Virus record (IMG/VR): IMGVR_UViG_3300027863_000129
Span: 1 to 29,887 of that record
Strand: one strand, 5' to 3'
DNA from: a virus
Taxonomy: Duplodnaviria; Caudoviricetes
DNA length: 29,887 nt
A program made the position numbers and the translations under genes. The notes below the pieces were generated by a model. The model ran no database searches. It was not told the DNA's origin and saw only the letters and a list, made by a program, of their open reading frames with translations. Positions 1 through 10,500 of this stretch are shown here, piece after piece; positions within the stretch are counted from its first letter, which is position 1, and each line of letters begins with the position of its first letter.

Positions 1-3000
1 GGGAAGAATAAACCTTTTGCAAAATATGGGAAGAATGGTTTCAAAACTGCTTGTAAAACACTTTCTTCTTCTCTTTTTTGAGGAGAATTCATCCATTGAT
101 AAATTGATGATATTTCTTGAATTCCTGGATTAAGTTTTGTAGAAATATGGTATGCTAAATTACCTATTGCAGTTTTTAAAGAACCTCTTGTTATACCACC
201 TGCTTGTAATAGTGGTTCAAACGCTGAATAAAACAATGTTGGCATTTCTCTTTCATATCCAAGAAGGTCTATATTAATAGGAACTCCTGCTACTGTTATT
301 GTTTGTTCAAATAGTCTTCCTATATCATTATCTTTTATTGCACTATAAACTCTATGCCAATCTGTAGTATCTGGTTGTAATCCTCTTGAAGCACTAATAA
401 GACTATTAAGATACATATTAAAAATTAAGAAGTTATGAACATATCTTACTCTATCCTCATCTAAACCTAATGCACCACCCGCTACTTGTTTTATAAGCGT
501 CCATTCCCAATCAGGTGCAAAAAATAGCCACCTTAATGCACTTCTTACTTTTGGATTAAGATTTGCAAGTTCAGGTGCTCCACCAAAGAAAGTATTGACA
601 TTTTTAATCATCCTTTCAGCTTCGTCTCTTGTTAGTTTACCAGCCATTAAATCATCGTATATTTTTGCAAATGAACTTACTTTGTAATAATTATACATTC
701 TATTCCATAATCTATCGTCCATATATCGAACATATGGTATTTTGTCTATCAAACTTCCTTCTCTAAACGGCGAACTGGTGGTTCCACTTAATACTGTAGA
801 TGTTTTTGGAAACTCTCTAAATAATTCACTCATTTTTTTAAGCATTGGACTCATCTTATCAGCAAATTCTTTTTTGTCCATTAATAGATTTTTAGCTCCT
901 TCAAAACCTTTACTTAAATTAGCATCACTATAAATAGTAGAAGCAGTTAAAGATTTCATATGATAAAATGGAACTAATCCTATTGCCAATCTTTTAAGAG
1001 TAATGAAAAAGTTATTTTGCAGTGTTCCTGTGCCAAATTCATTATTTTTATAAAATTCACTTGGCATTAAGTATTCTTTAATTGTATTTACAATACTTCC
1101 ATTAAAACCATCACGCAAGTAATAATAACTCTGCGGTCTTATATTTTGTATTTTATCAGCTAAATTGTGAATATCGTTTATTACCTCATTAATGGGTAAG
1201 CCAGGAACTAACTTATTCTCTACGATATCACTTTCACCAAAGTTGTGAAATGCCATTGCTATATCCTGATAAAACTGCATTTTTTTAGCAACACTTAATT
1301 TGTCAGCACCCTCTTGTTGAAATATTTTATCTGCTTTTTCAAATAATCCTTTTAATGTATCTGCTTCTTGTTGTGTTGTCATTTCTCTTATATTAGGAAC
1401 ATCATATAATTGATGAAGTATTTTTTGCATTTTTGTAATTTGTTCTTTTTTAATATTACTTGCTTCATTTAAAACTGTTCCCAAATTATTTCTATATTCT
1501 TCTCTTAATAATTTTATTTTATTTAATAGTTCATCTTTTTTTGCTTGTTTTTCATCTTCCATCTTTTTATTGATTTCTTCTTTTTGTCTTCTAAGGTCTT
1601 CTTGATGTTGTTGATTTGTTGTTGTATGTTTTTCTCTTATATTATTAATTTCTTCTTGTAATGATTTTTGATAGTCTTTTCTTAATCTTTGTTTTTCATC
1701 TAATAAACTTTTTATTTTAGCGTCTGCTTCATCTTTATATTTCTGCTTTAGGTTGGCTTCTAAATCTCTCACTTTTACATATAAGTCTTTGTTTTTTGTT
1801 TGTTTTGCTTGTTGTAATATTTCATCACTCTTTGCTTTTAGGTCTTTTAATTGTTGTGTATATTCTGTTTTTATATTATTTATTCTCTCATTAATATCAT
1901 TAATACCAGTGGTATAGTTTTGTTTATATTGAGTTCTAAAATCTTTTATATCTTGTGAAAAGTTTTTTCCAGTATATTCTCTTTTTGCATTATATTCTTG
2001 TCGTAATTGTTTATTAATATCTTTTAATTGTTGTTCATAACTTTCTCTGATGTCTTTTATTTTTCCTTTAAAATCATTAATATTTTTAGTTAAACCATCT
2101 TTGTATTGTCCTTCAAATCCTTTTCTTATATTTTCATAATCTGGTAGTTTACCGCTTACTTGTTCTATCATATCGTATATTTCTTTATAAATATCAGAAT
2201 AACTACCAGCAACAGGCATAGTTTGTAGCTTTTGGTATATTTTTTCTTTTACATCGTCTAATGCTTCATCAGGAAAATATGATTTTAAATTTTGGGCTAT
2301 TGTTTGAGCCAACCTACGAGCATCATATTTATTTATGGTGTAAACATATTTGCCATTTAGTTTAGAAGATAAACCTCTACCAATCCTAAAAAATTGGTCT
2401 AAAATTACTGGATAAGATATACTCCCATAATAAGCTTTCCAAAATTCTTTTGCATCTTTATAGTTATCTGCTATTTCTTTTAGCACTGGTGTGTCTTTTT
2501 CAAGCAAAGCAAAGTGAGGACCTTTGGCTGTTGTTAAATAGTCTTTCCATTCCATTTCTGTTGCTGGTTTGCCCTGCAATGTTCTTTTTATTCTTAATGC
2601 TTCTCTATTTCTTTCAAATGCTTCTTTTGCACCTGCTACATTAGTTTTATATTCTACTAATTTATCTTTTGTAACTTTTATTAGGTCTTTAAATTCAGGA
2701 TTTGCTTCTACAAGTTCTTTTAATTCATTGTCGGGTAGTCTTAAAATATAAGCAGCAGCTTGATATCTATTCAAATTAAGATTAAGGTCAGAGCTTATCT
2801 TTTTAGCAAATTCATCTAAAAAAGGACTCATTTCTTTACTATCTATAAAATTTACTGCATTTGAAGACGCTATTTGTGCTTGATGATGTGTGCCGCCAAC
2901 CATATTAACGGCTTTTAAAAAGAATAAAGTAGGTTTTTCTACTAAAGCATAAACAGGATTAAAGTTTTTAGCTGCTTGGGCAGCAGCATATTGTAATGAT

Positions 3001-3761
3001 TTTTGAGTGGTTTCAGGGAAAGCTTCAAATATTGTTTTTGCAAGACCCCCTACACCTGCTCTTATAAATTTTGAAACAAATGGATAAGCTCTTACAAATG
3101 CTGTTCCAGCTCCACCAAAACCTGCACCTGTTTCAAGTGCCATCGGTGCACCTGTTCCAAATTTTCTACCAGTTGTTAGATTATGGGTTTCATTGATAGC
3201 TTCATTCCAAATACCAAATTTAGTAGCATTCCAAACAGCTGATTTTATAAGTCCTGTAAACCCTTCACCTATTTTACCAATAGCAGGCATTTCATAAAAT
3301 AGTCCTGCTTCAAGTGCATTGCTTGGTAGTAAATCAGTAATGGCTATAGTTCCACCTACAAGTGGAACATTATATCTTTGTTGTAGAAAATGAAGTCTTG
3401 GGTCTTCTCGTGCTATTTTCCATATATCATATTTGTCATCAAAGCTTTGTATATCTTGAAGTGCCTTTGGGATATGTCTTACATCTTGAGTAATGGGTGC
3501 CATATTCATTAATTTTGTAACAGGTATATTTTTAATTTGTTGCATTGTAAGTGGTTTGTTTGTTTTAATTGGTGCAGCATAAGGAGATGGTGGCATTTTG
3601 TCCAATGGTTGTTCTATATCCACTGGTTGACTTTTTGGAGTAGGTCGTGGTTTTACATTTGTTACAAGCTGTGTCATTTGTTTTGTTGTAGTAGGTTTAT
3701 TTATATTCAATTGTTTTTGACCTTCCATTGCTTGTTGTAACATACTACTAATTGTATCCAT
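1..3761 (-). CDS. Large internal virion / DNA-ejection protein (>1250 aa, 3'-truncated by the window edge)
   Basis: Not in the ORF track. ATG at 3761 (MDTISSMLQQAMEGQKQ...) follows a GAGG RBS, and I read the frame open to the window start (...RWLFFAPDWEW...KPFFPYFAKGLFFP). There is a long K/E/Q coiled-coil at about 1450-2130. It is last in the ejection-protein cluster, the position of T7 gp16-like proteins. Confidence 0.75.
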   Translation of the reverse strand, partial: MDTISSMLQQAMEGQKQLNINKPTTTKQMTQLVTNVKPRPTPKSQPVDIEQPLDKMPPSPYAAPIKTNKPLTMQQIKNIPVTKLMNMAPITQDVRHIPKALQDIQSFDDKYDIWKIAREDPRLHFLQQRYNVPLVGGTIAITDLLPSNALEAGLFYEMPAIGKIGEGFTGLIKSAVWNATKFGIWNEAINETHNLTTGRKFGTGAPMALETGAGFGGAGTAFVRAYPFVSKFIRAGVGGLAKTIFEAFPETTQKSLQYAAAQAAKNFNPVYALVEKPTLFFLKAVNMVGGTHHQAQIASSNAVNFIDSKEMSPFLDEFAKKISSDLNLNLNRYQAAAYILRLPDNELKELVEANPEFKDLIKVTKDKLVEYKTNVAGAKEAFERNREALRIKRTLQGKPATEMEWKDYLTTAKGPHFALLEKDTPVLKEIADNYKDAKEFWKAYYGSISYPVILDQFFRIGRGLSSKLNGKYVYTINKYDARRLAQTIAQNLKSYFPDEALDDVKEKIYQKLQTMPVAGSYSDIYKEIYDMIEQVSGKLPDYENIRKGFEGQYKDGLTKNINDFKGKIKDIRESYEQQLKDINKQLRQEYNAKREYTGKNFSQDIKDFRTQYKQNYTTGINDINERINNIKTEYTQQLKDLKAKSDEILQQAKQTKNKDLYVKVRDLEANLKQKYKDEADAKIKSLLDEKQRLRKDYQKSLQEEINNIREKHTTTNQQHQEDLRRQKEEINKKMEDEKQAKKDELLNKIKLLREEYRNNLGTVLNEASNIKKEQITKMQKILHQLYDVPNIREMTTQQEADTLKGLFEKADKIFQQEGADKLSVAKKMQFYQDIAMAFHNFGESDIVENKLVPGLPINEVINDIHNLADKIQNIRPQSYYYLRDGFNGSIVNTIKEYLMPSEFYKNNEFGTGTLQNNFFITLKRLAIGLVPFYHMKSLTASTIYSDANLSKGFEGAKNLLMDKKEFADKMSPMLKKMSELFREFPKTSTVLSGTTSSPFREGSLIDKIPYVRYMDDRLWNRMYNYYKVSSFAKIYDDLMAGKLTRDEAERMIKNVNTFFGGAPELANLNPKVRSALRWLFFAPDWEWTLIKQVAGGALGLDEDRVRYVHNFLIFNMYLNSLISASRGLQPDTTDWHRVYSAIKDNDIGRLFEQTITVAGVPINIDLLGYEREMPTLFYSAFEPLLQAGGITRGSLKTAIGNLAYHISTKLNPGIQEISSIYQWMNSPQKREEESVLQAVLKPFFPYFAKGLFF

Positions 3762-3779
3762 TAATTACCTCTTTTATAC

Positions 3780-4889
3780 TTAATCTAATTTTATTGTTCC
3801 AGGTTGAAATGTGTTTTTAATTATATTATTAAATGAGTCATTTGAATTAGAATTAGGTGGATATTCTCCTTTTAAATACCTAATTTCTTCTCTTATTGCG
3901 TTCGCTTGTTTTATATTACCCTTTTGGAGAGACACTTGTAAGGCTTCTTGAAGCTGGTTTAATCTTTCGTCCATTGCAATTTTTCCCTTATTAACAAACA
4001 TAGATGCGATTTCTTTTTTATTGGATGCATTGTAAATTGTTTTTTCCCAACCAGCTTGAATATTCATTGCAGCCGTTTTAAGTTTTACTTCCATATCTTC
4101 TATCTTGCTTATCATATCAGATGTAGTTTTATACAATGACAAGTAAGTATTTAGATTATTAGTAGCAAAATTAACCTTAAATTGTGCTAACTCATCATCT
4201 ATTTTTTCACCCAACATTAACTTTTGCATCATCATATTTACTTTGTTATATACATTTTCGCTTTTAGCTTTCCACTGTTCCAATTGATTTTTGAAATCCT
4301 GGGTAGCGGCTTGATAATCAGTTAAACTTTTTTCTTTAAGAGCACCAAACATAGCATTCATTTTATCTGCCATTGTTGTTCCGTCTTTGTTACCAAACAA
4401 TGCTGTTCCTAATGCTATAATGCCAACCATTAACGGAATAAGTTTATTGTTTTCTTGAACTACTTCCTTATATGTCTTTACTGTTGGTATATCATTAGCT
4501 TGTTTTAATTTTTCGTCCATTTGTTTAAATGTTGCTTCTAATGTATCTTTCTTTTTTGCTACATCTTGTAATACCTGTTTTTCAGTTTCATTTAACTCTT
4601 TTTGACTTTCTCCGACTTGAGACTGAAGACCTTTGAAACTATCAAAAAGTTCTTTTAATCCTAAATCAGTATTTTGTTGTTGTGGTTGTTGTTGCTGTTG
4701 TATTTGTTGTAATGATTGTTTTTGTATTTTTTGAGTAGGAGCTGTTACTGGTTTTGCTGGTGCTATAGGTGGTGCTTTTAGTGGTTGTTTTAAACTTGTG
4801 TTTAATCCTGCCGCTGACCCATTACTTTTTGGTGTAAGTAAATCTATAAGTGTTTGATTAACTTGTGTGCTTGGTGATGTCCATGCCAT
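3780..4889 (-). CDS. Putative DNA-ejection (internal virion) protein
   Basis: 369 aa with coiled-coil and one hydrophobic segment (LIPLMVGIIALGTALFG). It has a GGAGG RBS and lies downstream of the tail genes. Confidence 0.55.
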   Translation of the reverse strand: MAWTSPSTQVNQTLIDLLTPKSNGSAAGLNTSLKQPLKAPPIAPAKPVTAPTQKIQKQSLQQIQQQQQPQQQNTDLGLKELFDSFKGLQSQVGESQKELNETEKQVLQDVAKKKDTLEATFKQMDEKLKQANDIPTVKTYKEVVQENNKLIPLMVGIIALGTALFGNKDGTTMADKMNAMFGALKEKSLTDYQAATQDFKNQLEQWKAKSENVYNKVNMMMQKLMLGEKIDDELAQFKVNFATNNLNTYLSLYKTTSDMISKIEDMEVKLKTAAMNIQAGWEKTIYNASNKKEIASMFVNKGKIAMDERLNQLQEALQVSLQKGNIKQANAIREEIRYLKGEYPPNSNSNDSFNNIIKNTFQPGTIKLD

Positions 4890-4893
4890 ATTA

Positions 4894-6015
4894 TCATCCT
4901 CCTATTGAAGAATATCTATTTTCTTGCCATAGGTCAACATCCTGCTGACTTGTTGGTGCTTGACCATTATCTTGTATATATGCCTGCCAATCTGTTGGTG
5001 ATAATCCAAAGTGAGTATTAGCAAATTGTATACCTTGTATTTGGTTGTTTGCCATATTTTGTATTCCCTGTGCTTTAATGGCTGAATTCATATCTGTAAC
5101 GTTTGGAACATTAAGTTGTTGACCACCTAATTGTGATAGCTGTTGCGTTGATTGCTGTGCACCTTGTTGTATACCACCTAATGTATTTGTTTGAACTTGT
5201 TTTAACATATCAATTAAGTTATCATTCATACCCAAATAGTTTTGGAATAACTGATTATAGCTTGTAGCAAACTGTTGGTCGTTTGAATATGTGTCTTGTA
5301 ATTGTTGAGTTAACTGTTGGTAGCTGTTTTGGTCTAAATAAGGAGATATTCTGTTGTAAACATTCTGCAAGTAATTAGCGCTTGCTCCTAATACTAAAGC
5401 TGTTGCTGTATCAGGGTTTGCTAATTGAGTTAATGAACTTTGTATATTGGTTTTCATATTATCTAATTGACTTAAGTAACTTTGTTTTTGAGTATCTAAC
5501 TGCTGTTGTTGTTGGTTATATTGATTCTGATAATCTTGCATTATTTGGTTTTGGGGTTGATTCCCTGCTAATGATAGATTAATGGAACTTGTATCTGTAT
5601 TTGGTGCTTCCCAAGTATTAGCAAACAAACTTGGTGCAAGGTTTTGCTGATTTGAAATATAACCTTGCAATGCTGATTGTCCTTGTTGTGATAGATTTGA
5701 CAGCATATTTGTTAACTCTGGGTAATTAGAAGGATTTGTCATTTGTTCTAACTGTGCAGGAACTGCACCACTTAAATAAGTAGCAACTACTTGTCCGTGT
5801 GAATGAGTGCTTGATGTAGGGTCTTCTGTCATAAGCGTATTATATTGAGATACTTCATTGGGGCTTAATATCATATTACTTGGTAGCTGTTGGCTACCTG
5901 TTGTTTGTTGATTTTGACTTTGACCTAATATACTCTGTAACTGTTGATTTGCTTGTTGCATATTGTTGATATTGCCTACAGATTGATTTATTATATCGTT
6001 AATAGCGTTAGCCAT
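4894..6015 (-). CDS. Putative DNA-ejection (internal virion) protein, Q/N-rich
   Basis: 373 aa, very Q/N/S-rich and helical-looking. Synteny matches the podovirus ejection cluster. Confidence 0.55.
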   Translation of the reverse strand: MANAINDIINQSVGNINNMQQANQQLQSILGQSQNQQTTGSQQLPSNMILSPNEVSQYNTLMTEDPTSSTHSHGQVVATYLSGAVPAQLEQMTNPSNYPELTNMLSNLSQQGQSALQGYISNQQNLAPSLFANTWEAPNTDTSSINLSLAGNQPQNQIMQDYQNQYNQQQQQLDTQKQSYLSQLDNMKTNIQSSLTQLANPDTATALVLGASANYLQNVYNRISPYLDQNSYQQLTQQLQDTYSNDQQFATSYNQLFQNYLGMNDNLIDMLKQVQTNTLGGIQQGAQQSTQQLSQLGGQQLNVPNVTDMNSAIKAQGIQNMANNQIQGIQFANTHFGLSPTDWQAYIQDNGQAPTSQQDVDLWQENRYSSIGG

Positions 6016-6016
6016 A

Positions 6017-6841
6017 TTATACTCCTGTTATAGCGTTAGTAAATGGTGCATAACCTGCTGCCCCCGTTGGGTCAGATTGAGGTGTTTGATAACCCAAAGG
6101 ATTTGAAGAAAATTGTCCTATAGTATCTGTAGAGGTAGGTTGCGTAGTATTGCTGCCACCTAATCCTTTTACTGCTCCAGCTAATCCCGAAACTCCTTGC
6201 ATTACATTTGACATTTTCTGATTTGATAATTGCTGTCTTTGTAATTCAGCTTCGGTTAATCCTAATTGTGCTTGGTTAGAAACATTAGTGCCTTCAATAT
6301 TAGCAGCATTATTTTGTGCATTAATACCACTTTGAGTTGTCCAAGAACTCTCCAAATCTTGAATAGCTTTGTCAGATAAACCAGCTGTTTGTAGTCCAGC
6401 TTGTAATTGCTGTTGCAACATTTGTGATTTTAGATTTGAAGCCCAAGTTTGTAAGTTCTGCATAGCATTAGTATACTGCGTGCTACCTGCTGTAAATCCT
6501 TGTGCGGCTAATTGTTGTAAGACTTGTTGCTTTGCTTGGTTATACTGCTGTTCATACTGTCCTGCATAAGCAGATGAGAGCTGTCCTTGATTGTAGCTGT
6601 TAATAGCGTCTAATGCTGTCTGTCTTGCACTATCAGATAACTGCGTATTCTGCGATATTTGACTATTTAATTGCTGTAAGTCTGCTTGTGGTATCTGGAA
6701 GTTTTGAACTTGCGGCATTTGTAGTTTTGGCATACTAACACTACTACCGCCAAACAATGTATCTCCTATACCAAATAAAGTCCCTATTACTCCTAAATAT
6801 GGCGATATACTTGTTAATGCGTCTCCAATTGCTGAACTCAT
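6017..6841 (-). CDS. Putative DNA-ejection/pilot protein (P22 gp7 / T7 gp14-like position)
   Basis: 274 aa with a Gly-rich hydrophobic N-terminus (LGVIGTLFGIGDTLFGG), a Q-rich core and a Gly/Ala C-terminal segment. AGGAGG RBS. Directly follows the GNAT-like gene. Confidence 0.6.
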   Translation of the reverse strand: MSSAIGDALTSISPYLGVIGTLFGIGDTLFGGSSVSMPKLQMPQVQNFQIPQADLQQLNSQISQNTQLSDSARQTALDAINSYNQGQLSSAYAGQYEQQYNQAKQQVLQQLAAQGFTAGSTQYTNAMQNLQTWASNLKSQMLQQQLQAGLQTAGLSDKAIQDLESSWTTQSGINAQNNAANIEGTNVSNQAQLGLTEAELQRQQLSNQKMSNVMQGVSGLAGAVKGLGGSNTTQPTSTDTIGQFSSNPLGYQTPQSDPTGAAGYAPFTNAITGV

Positions 6842-6862
6842 ATTATTATCCTCCTTTTTTTG

Positions 6863-7255
6863 CTAATGCTTAATATGATAGCAATAAAATCTTTTCTTTT
6901 TAATCCTATAATAACATACTATAACAAAATAATATCCTTTTGTCAAGAGTAAGTTATATAGTTCCTTTTTAATATTGATGTTTTTTGTAACCGTTTTGCT
7001 TGCACAAGCTACGCTTAAATAGTGAATATAAACCATTAAAGTATCTGGTTTATATACAAAGCTTACGAATCCTATTTCTTCATTGTCCTTGTATATCAAA
7101 TAGTTCTCTGCGTCTTTTACATTTGACTTAAAAATATCATAGTTAATCATCCAACCGTCGTGATACTTATCATATATCTTTCTAAATATATGTCCTCTTG
7201 GAATATATTTAACTTCTTTAAAAACGATAGTGCTGGCATTCCCAAACTCAATCAT
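6863..7255 (-). CDS. GNAT-fold-like virion assembly protein (T7 gp13 / P22 gp14 position)
   Basis: Probable start is MIEFG at 7255 (GGGAG RBS), not 7303. The pattern YLIYKDNEEIGFVSFVY...VYIHYLSV resembles GNAT beta-strands. Sits between nozzle and ejection genes. Confidence 0.45.
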   Translation of the reverse strand: MIEFGNASTIVFKEVKYIPRGHIFRKIYDKYHDGWMINYDIFKSNVKDAENYLIYKDNEEIGFVSFVYKPDTLMVYIHYLSVACASKTVTKNINIKKELYNLLLTKGYYFVIVCYYRIKKKRFYCYHIKH

Positions 7256-7256
7256 C

Positions 7257-7763
7257 TTAACTCCCACCCGCCAATGGTATTGGCGTTTTATTAAGAGTAT
7301 CAATTAATATTTCCAAATACCTCATAAAAGCATTATGAATTGTAACCTCTTGCTGTATAAATTTGTCAATTGTTAAATAACTATATTCATTAGTTGACTG
7401 CACTAAATTTTCATTAAAGTTAATAAGTGTAGGTGTAACACCATAACCTTTTGTTACTAATTCTTGTGCTATTTGAGTTGTAGCTTGATAAAACAATGCG
7501 TGGTCGCTTCTATTGTTAGTTAGAAATATATTAAAGCTTGGTGCGTCACTAAAGAATAAATTAGGCAAAGGCACTTGTATTTGTGGCATATTTAAGCTTT
7601 TATACAAGCTATTAATAACAGAGTAAATAGTTGCGTGGTCTGTATAATGCTGTTGTTGAAAATCATTTAGAATATTAACAATCTTATTTTCAGGAAACTT
7701 ACTTTGTAAATCAGGTAACCCTGTTATAGTAATATAACTAACAGGAGTTGTTTGATTACTCAT
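7257..7763 (-). CDS. Hypothetical virion protein
   Basis: 168 aa, coupled to both neighbours (ATGA overlap with the nozzle gene). Low-charge composition like the other structural proteins. Confidence 0.6.
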   Translation of the reverse strand: MSNQTTPVSYITITGLPDLQSKFPENKIVNILNDFQQQHYTDHATIYSVINSLYKSLNMPQIQVPLPNLFFSDAPSFNIFLTNNRSDHALFYQATTQIAQELVTKGYGVTPTLINFNENLVQSTNEYSYLTIDKFIQQEVTIHNAFMRYLEILIDTLNKTPIPLAGGS

Positions 7764-9529
7764 ACTACTGACCTTCCTAAATTTGCTCTTATATAAGTTT
7801 GAATTATATCAAACGAAGCACTGCTGTTATCTACTATATCAAAGCTAAATGCATTCCCACTTACATTTAAGTAAAAAACAGGTAAGTAAGATGTAGGAAT
7901 TGCAGTATTAATATTTATTAACAATGGTATATTAACACCATTTTGAGGTAATAAATAAAGCGGTGTAGTAGTGGTTGAAACTGCAATAGATAAATCATTG
8001 ACATAATGCAAGCTGTTCATATTTGTTCCAGCTTGACTTGGAGATGTTCCAGTAAGAGATGTTAAGTTTGCTGTTAAAGATATATTGGGTGTTCCGCTGT
8101 ATGGAATAAGGTTAAAGCTTGTGTTTCTAACTGTTTTATATAAAAATGGATAACCAAAATCAAAGTTCTTTGTTCTAATTAAACCTTTGATATTTGATAT
8201 TCCACCACCTAACTTGTAAATACTGTTTTGTGCTAATATATAAATTGAATGGTCTGTGATACTTCTTGTTGCATAAACGCCAATAATATTAAAGCCTAAA
8301 TCTATTTGAAAATACTGCTGTAAGTCAACACAGTAAGCTAACAGTATATTATAGGTTTGTGCGTATAATATGCTGTATTTTTGTATGGGCAAAAGATAAA
8401 AGTTTAAGTTATTAATCTGTGCTATATCGGATTGTCCAGATGTCCAATTAAATTTAGTAATATCGACCATATAGTCAATCTTTTGTGATTGACTGCTTAC
8501 TATTTGATATATACCGTATTCATTAACAAGGTAAATTGTATTGTTAAAGTTAATAATGCTGTTAGGATAAATACTGCCTGTAGTATTAAATATTTCTTGT
8601 ATATACCACAAACTTGGGTCATTGTTAATTGTAGTTCCTGTTATAGCAATAACAGCGTGGTCTCCTATTACATAGATATTATTCATATATGCAATTAGTT
8701 TTATAATCTCCTGTTTTAAATCAGGAGACGATATTAGGAATGTCCCACCACCGTTTGTAGTTGTAAAGTCTAAAAAGCTTGTAGGTGCTGAATACTGTAT
8801 ATTTCTACCACCACCAATAAATACTCTTCCTTGATATACTATTATTGTGTTGCCTTTTATATCAGGATGTAATGTTAATAGCCCATTGCTAACCGTAAAA
8901 CACTGCCATACAACTGTATTGTCTGCTACTGTTTGTCCTGCCGTTGTTGGATATGTAGGTGCAGATGAACCACTTGTCCCTGCTGTAATGCACCAATAAT
9001 AGTAACTACCATTTACAATTATATTACCAACAACATAAGATTTACTTGCAGTCCAAGCACTTGCACTTGGAGTATAACTTGGTGCAAATGCAAATAAGCC
9101 TTTTGTATTATCAGTAATTATAAAGAATTGATTTTGCCAATTGGTTATTTGAATATTGCTTGCAACGGTGCTGAATGTATTTGCAGGAGCTATTTGTGTG
9201 TAAGTTCCACTGCTAATAGTTCCAGCACTACCGTCAGCAAGTATAACAAACATTACAAGAGTGCCGTTTAAAATATCGTTAGTCATTACAAGTGGGTTGT
9301 TTGGTAATGTTGCAACAAGACTTGGTGGTTGTAGTTTTCTAACTGTGCCGTTGCCTATTGGTAAAAAGTTATATATATCTTGAACAGCATTGTCGGGTAT
9401 TAAATCAGGTGGTTGTGTATTGTTAATACCAGAGTATCCTTGAATTGTTATTGTAAGACCTTTCATTGGGTCTTTTTTATTCATTTGTATTTGGGATACT
9501 TTTGGCTGTCCTTGTTGTGCCATTACCAC
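7760..9529 (-). CDS. Tail nozzle / tail tubular protein B-like (P22 gp10 / T7 gp12 analogue) with an inserted CBM-like module
   Basis: 589 aa (start may be MAQQG at 9523), beta-rich. Recognisable segments are GYSGINNT...LIPD, YQGRVFIGGG..IQYSAP and IRTKNFDFG. Follows the adaptor gene. Confidence 0.65.
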   Translation of the reverse strand: MVMAQQGQPKVSQIQMNKKDPMKGLTITIQGYSGINNTQPPDLIPDNAVQDIYNFLPIGNGTVRKLQPPSLVATLPNNPLVMTNDILNGTLVMFVILADGSAGTISSGTYTQIAPANTFSTVASNIQITNWQNQFFIITDNTKGLFAFAPSYTPSASAWTASKSYVVGNIIVNGSYYYWCITAGTSGSSAPTYPTTAGQTVADNTVVWQCFTVSNGLLTLHPDIKGNTIIVYQGRVFIGGGRNIQYSAPTSFLDFTTTNGGGTFLISSPDLKQEIIKLIAYMNNIYVIGDHAVIAITGTTINNDPSLWYIQEIFNTTGSIYPNSIINFNNTIYLVNEYGIYQIVSSQSQKIDYMVDITKFNWTSGQSDIAQINNLNFYLLPIQKYSILYAQTYNILLAYCVDLQQYFQIDLGFNIIGVYATRSITDHSIYILAQNSIYKLGGGISNIKGLIRTKNFDFGYPFLYKTVRNTSFNLIPYSGTPNISLTANLTSLTGTSPSQAGTNMNSLHYVNDLSIAVSTTTTPLYLLPQNGVNIPLLININTAIPTSYLPVFYLNVSGNAFSFDIVDNSSASFDIIQTYIRANLGRSVV

Positions 9530-10098
9530 CTACCCATATGATTGCTACCAGTTTGCTGCTGTGCCATTTGTTCGTAGAGTTGTCCTAACTGTGAATTGCC
9601 GTCAGCAATAGCAGTGTAAGCGGAAGCAAGAAGTCCTACCGTTTGATAAAATGCTGTAGGTATATCGTTATCAGTATCAGTTGGATATGCTAATGCATTT
9701 GGTTGATAAGTGTAATATATTTCAAGCGGATAACTGCTTGAAGGTGTTGGGTATAATCTTATTGACTGTGATATTATCCAATAAGTGGTTGGATACTGCT
9801 GATAATCCCAATTGTAATTTCCTATACTGCCTTTTTCTAATGGATATCTAAATGTTCCTATCCAGAGCCATACCGATATTATTCCTGTTAATACTTGACT
9901 ACCAAATATGGTAGTCAATGGATATAAATTAGTCCCTTGTGTTAAATTAAATTTTATATTTGTTTTTGTGCATCCAGTCCACAAAGCTACTTGGTTTCTT
10001 GCATCGTTAATTGCATTAATAACAGTAGCTTGTGGAATAGATGAGTATGTTGGTATTTTACCACTTACAAATGTCAAATAATCATTTAGGGTTGCCAT
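9523..10098 (-). CDS. Head-tail adaptor (tail tubular protein A-like)
   Basis: 191 aa with MATLNDY..INAINDARNQV, IRLYPTPSSSYPLEIYY and DIPTAFYQTV, the pattern typical of podovirus adaptors. Synteny supports this. Confidence 0.65.
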   Translation of the reverse strand: MATLNDYLTFVSGKIPTYSSIPQATVINAINDARNQVALWTGCTKTNIKFNLTQGTNLYPLTTIFGSQVLTGIISVWLWIGTFRYPLEKGSIGNYNWDYQQYPTTYWIISQSIRLYPTPSSSYPLEIYYTYQPNALAYPTDTDNDIPTAFYQTVGLLASAYTAIADGNSQLGQLYEQMAQQQTGSNHMGRW

Positions 10099-10453
10099 TT
10101 GCTACCTTTTGACTTGCGTCAATCTTTCCTTTTGATTCAGGCTGGAGCATTTCTATTATTTCATCGTGGTCTTCTGATATAATCCATTTACTATTTTGTT
10201 CGTTAAACTCTAACCAATTTTCATCTTTTATTTCAACACCTGCTAATGCCCATCTTTGTTTGATAATATCTACAAGTCTTTGTGCTTCTTTTTCTGCATC
10301 TTTAGGGTCGGTATTGTATATATCTACATTGTAGCCGAAGAATGCTTTTGCTATTTCATTTTCTACTTCATTCATTTTAGGTTGAAGCTTGTAGTATTTA
10401 CCACCCCATTTTAAATTATATTCTTGATTTGTCTTATTGTAAACCCAAGCCAT
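10082..10453 (-). CDS. Hypothetical protein
   Basis: 123 aa, GGAGG RBS, charged composition. Lies directly after the capsid gene. Confidence 0.7.
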   Translation of the reverse strand: MAWVYNKTNQEYNLKWGGKYYKLQPKMNEVENEIAKAFFGYNVDIYNTDPKDAEKEAQRLVDIIKQRWALAGVEIKDENWLEFNEQNSKWIISEDHDEIIEMLQPESKGKIDASQKVANGNPK

Positions 10454-10500
10454 AAGTTACCTCCTCAATATCGGGTGTGCTACCCAAATTGTTATTAAAT

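Noticed and set aside
1-3761. N4-like virion RNA polymerase using the hairpins as promoters
   Set aside because: I see no RNAP catalytic motif in the visible part, the hairpin loops are 4-5 nt rather than the N4 3-nt type, and early genes have sigma70 promoters.
742-6569. Short + strand ORFs (742, 2450, 2569, 3537, 5382, 6369)
   Set aside because: They are antisense shadows of long - strand genes and lack RBSs.
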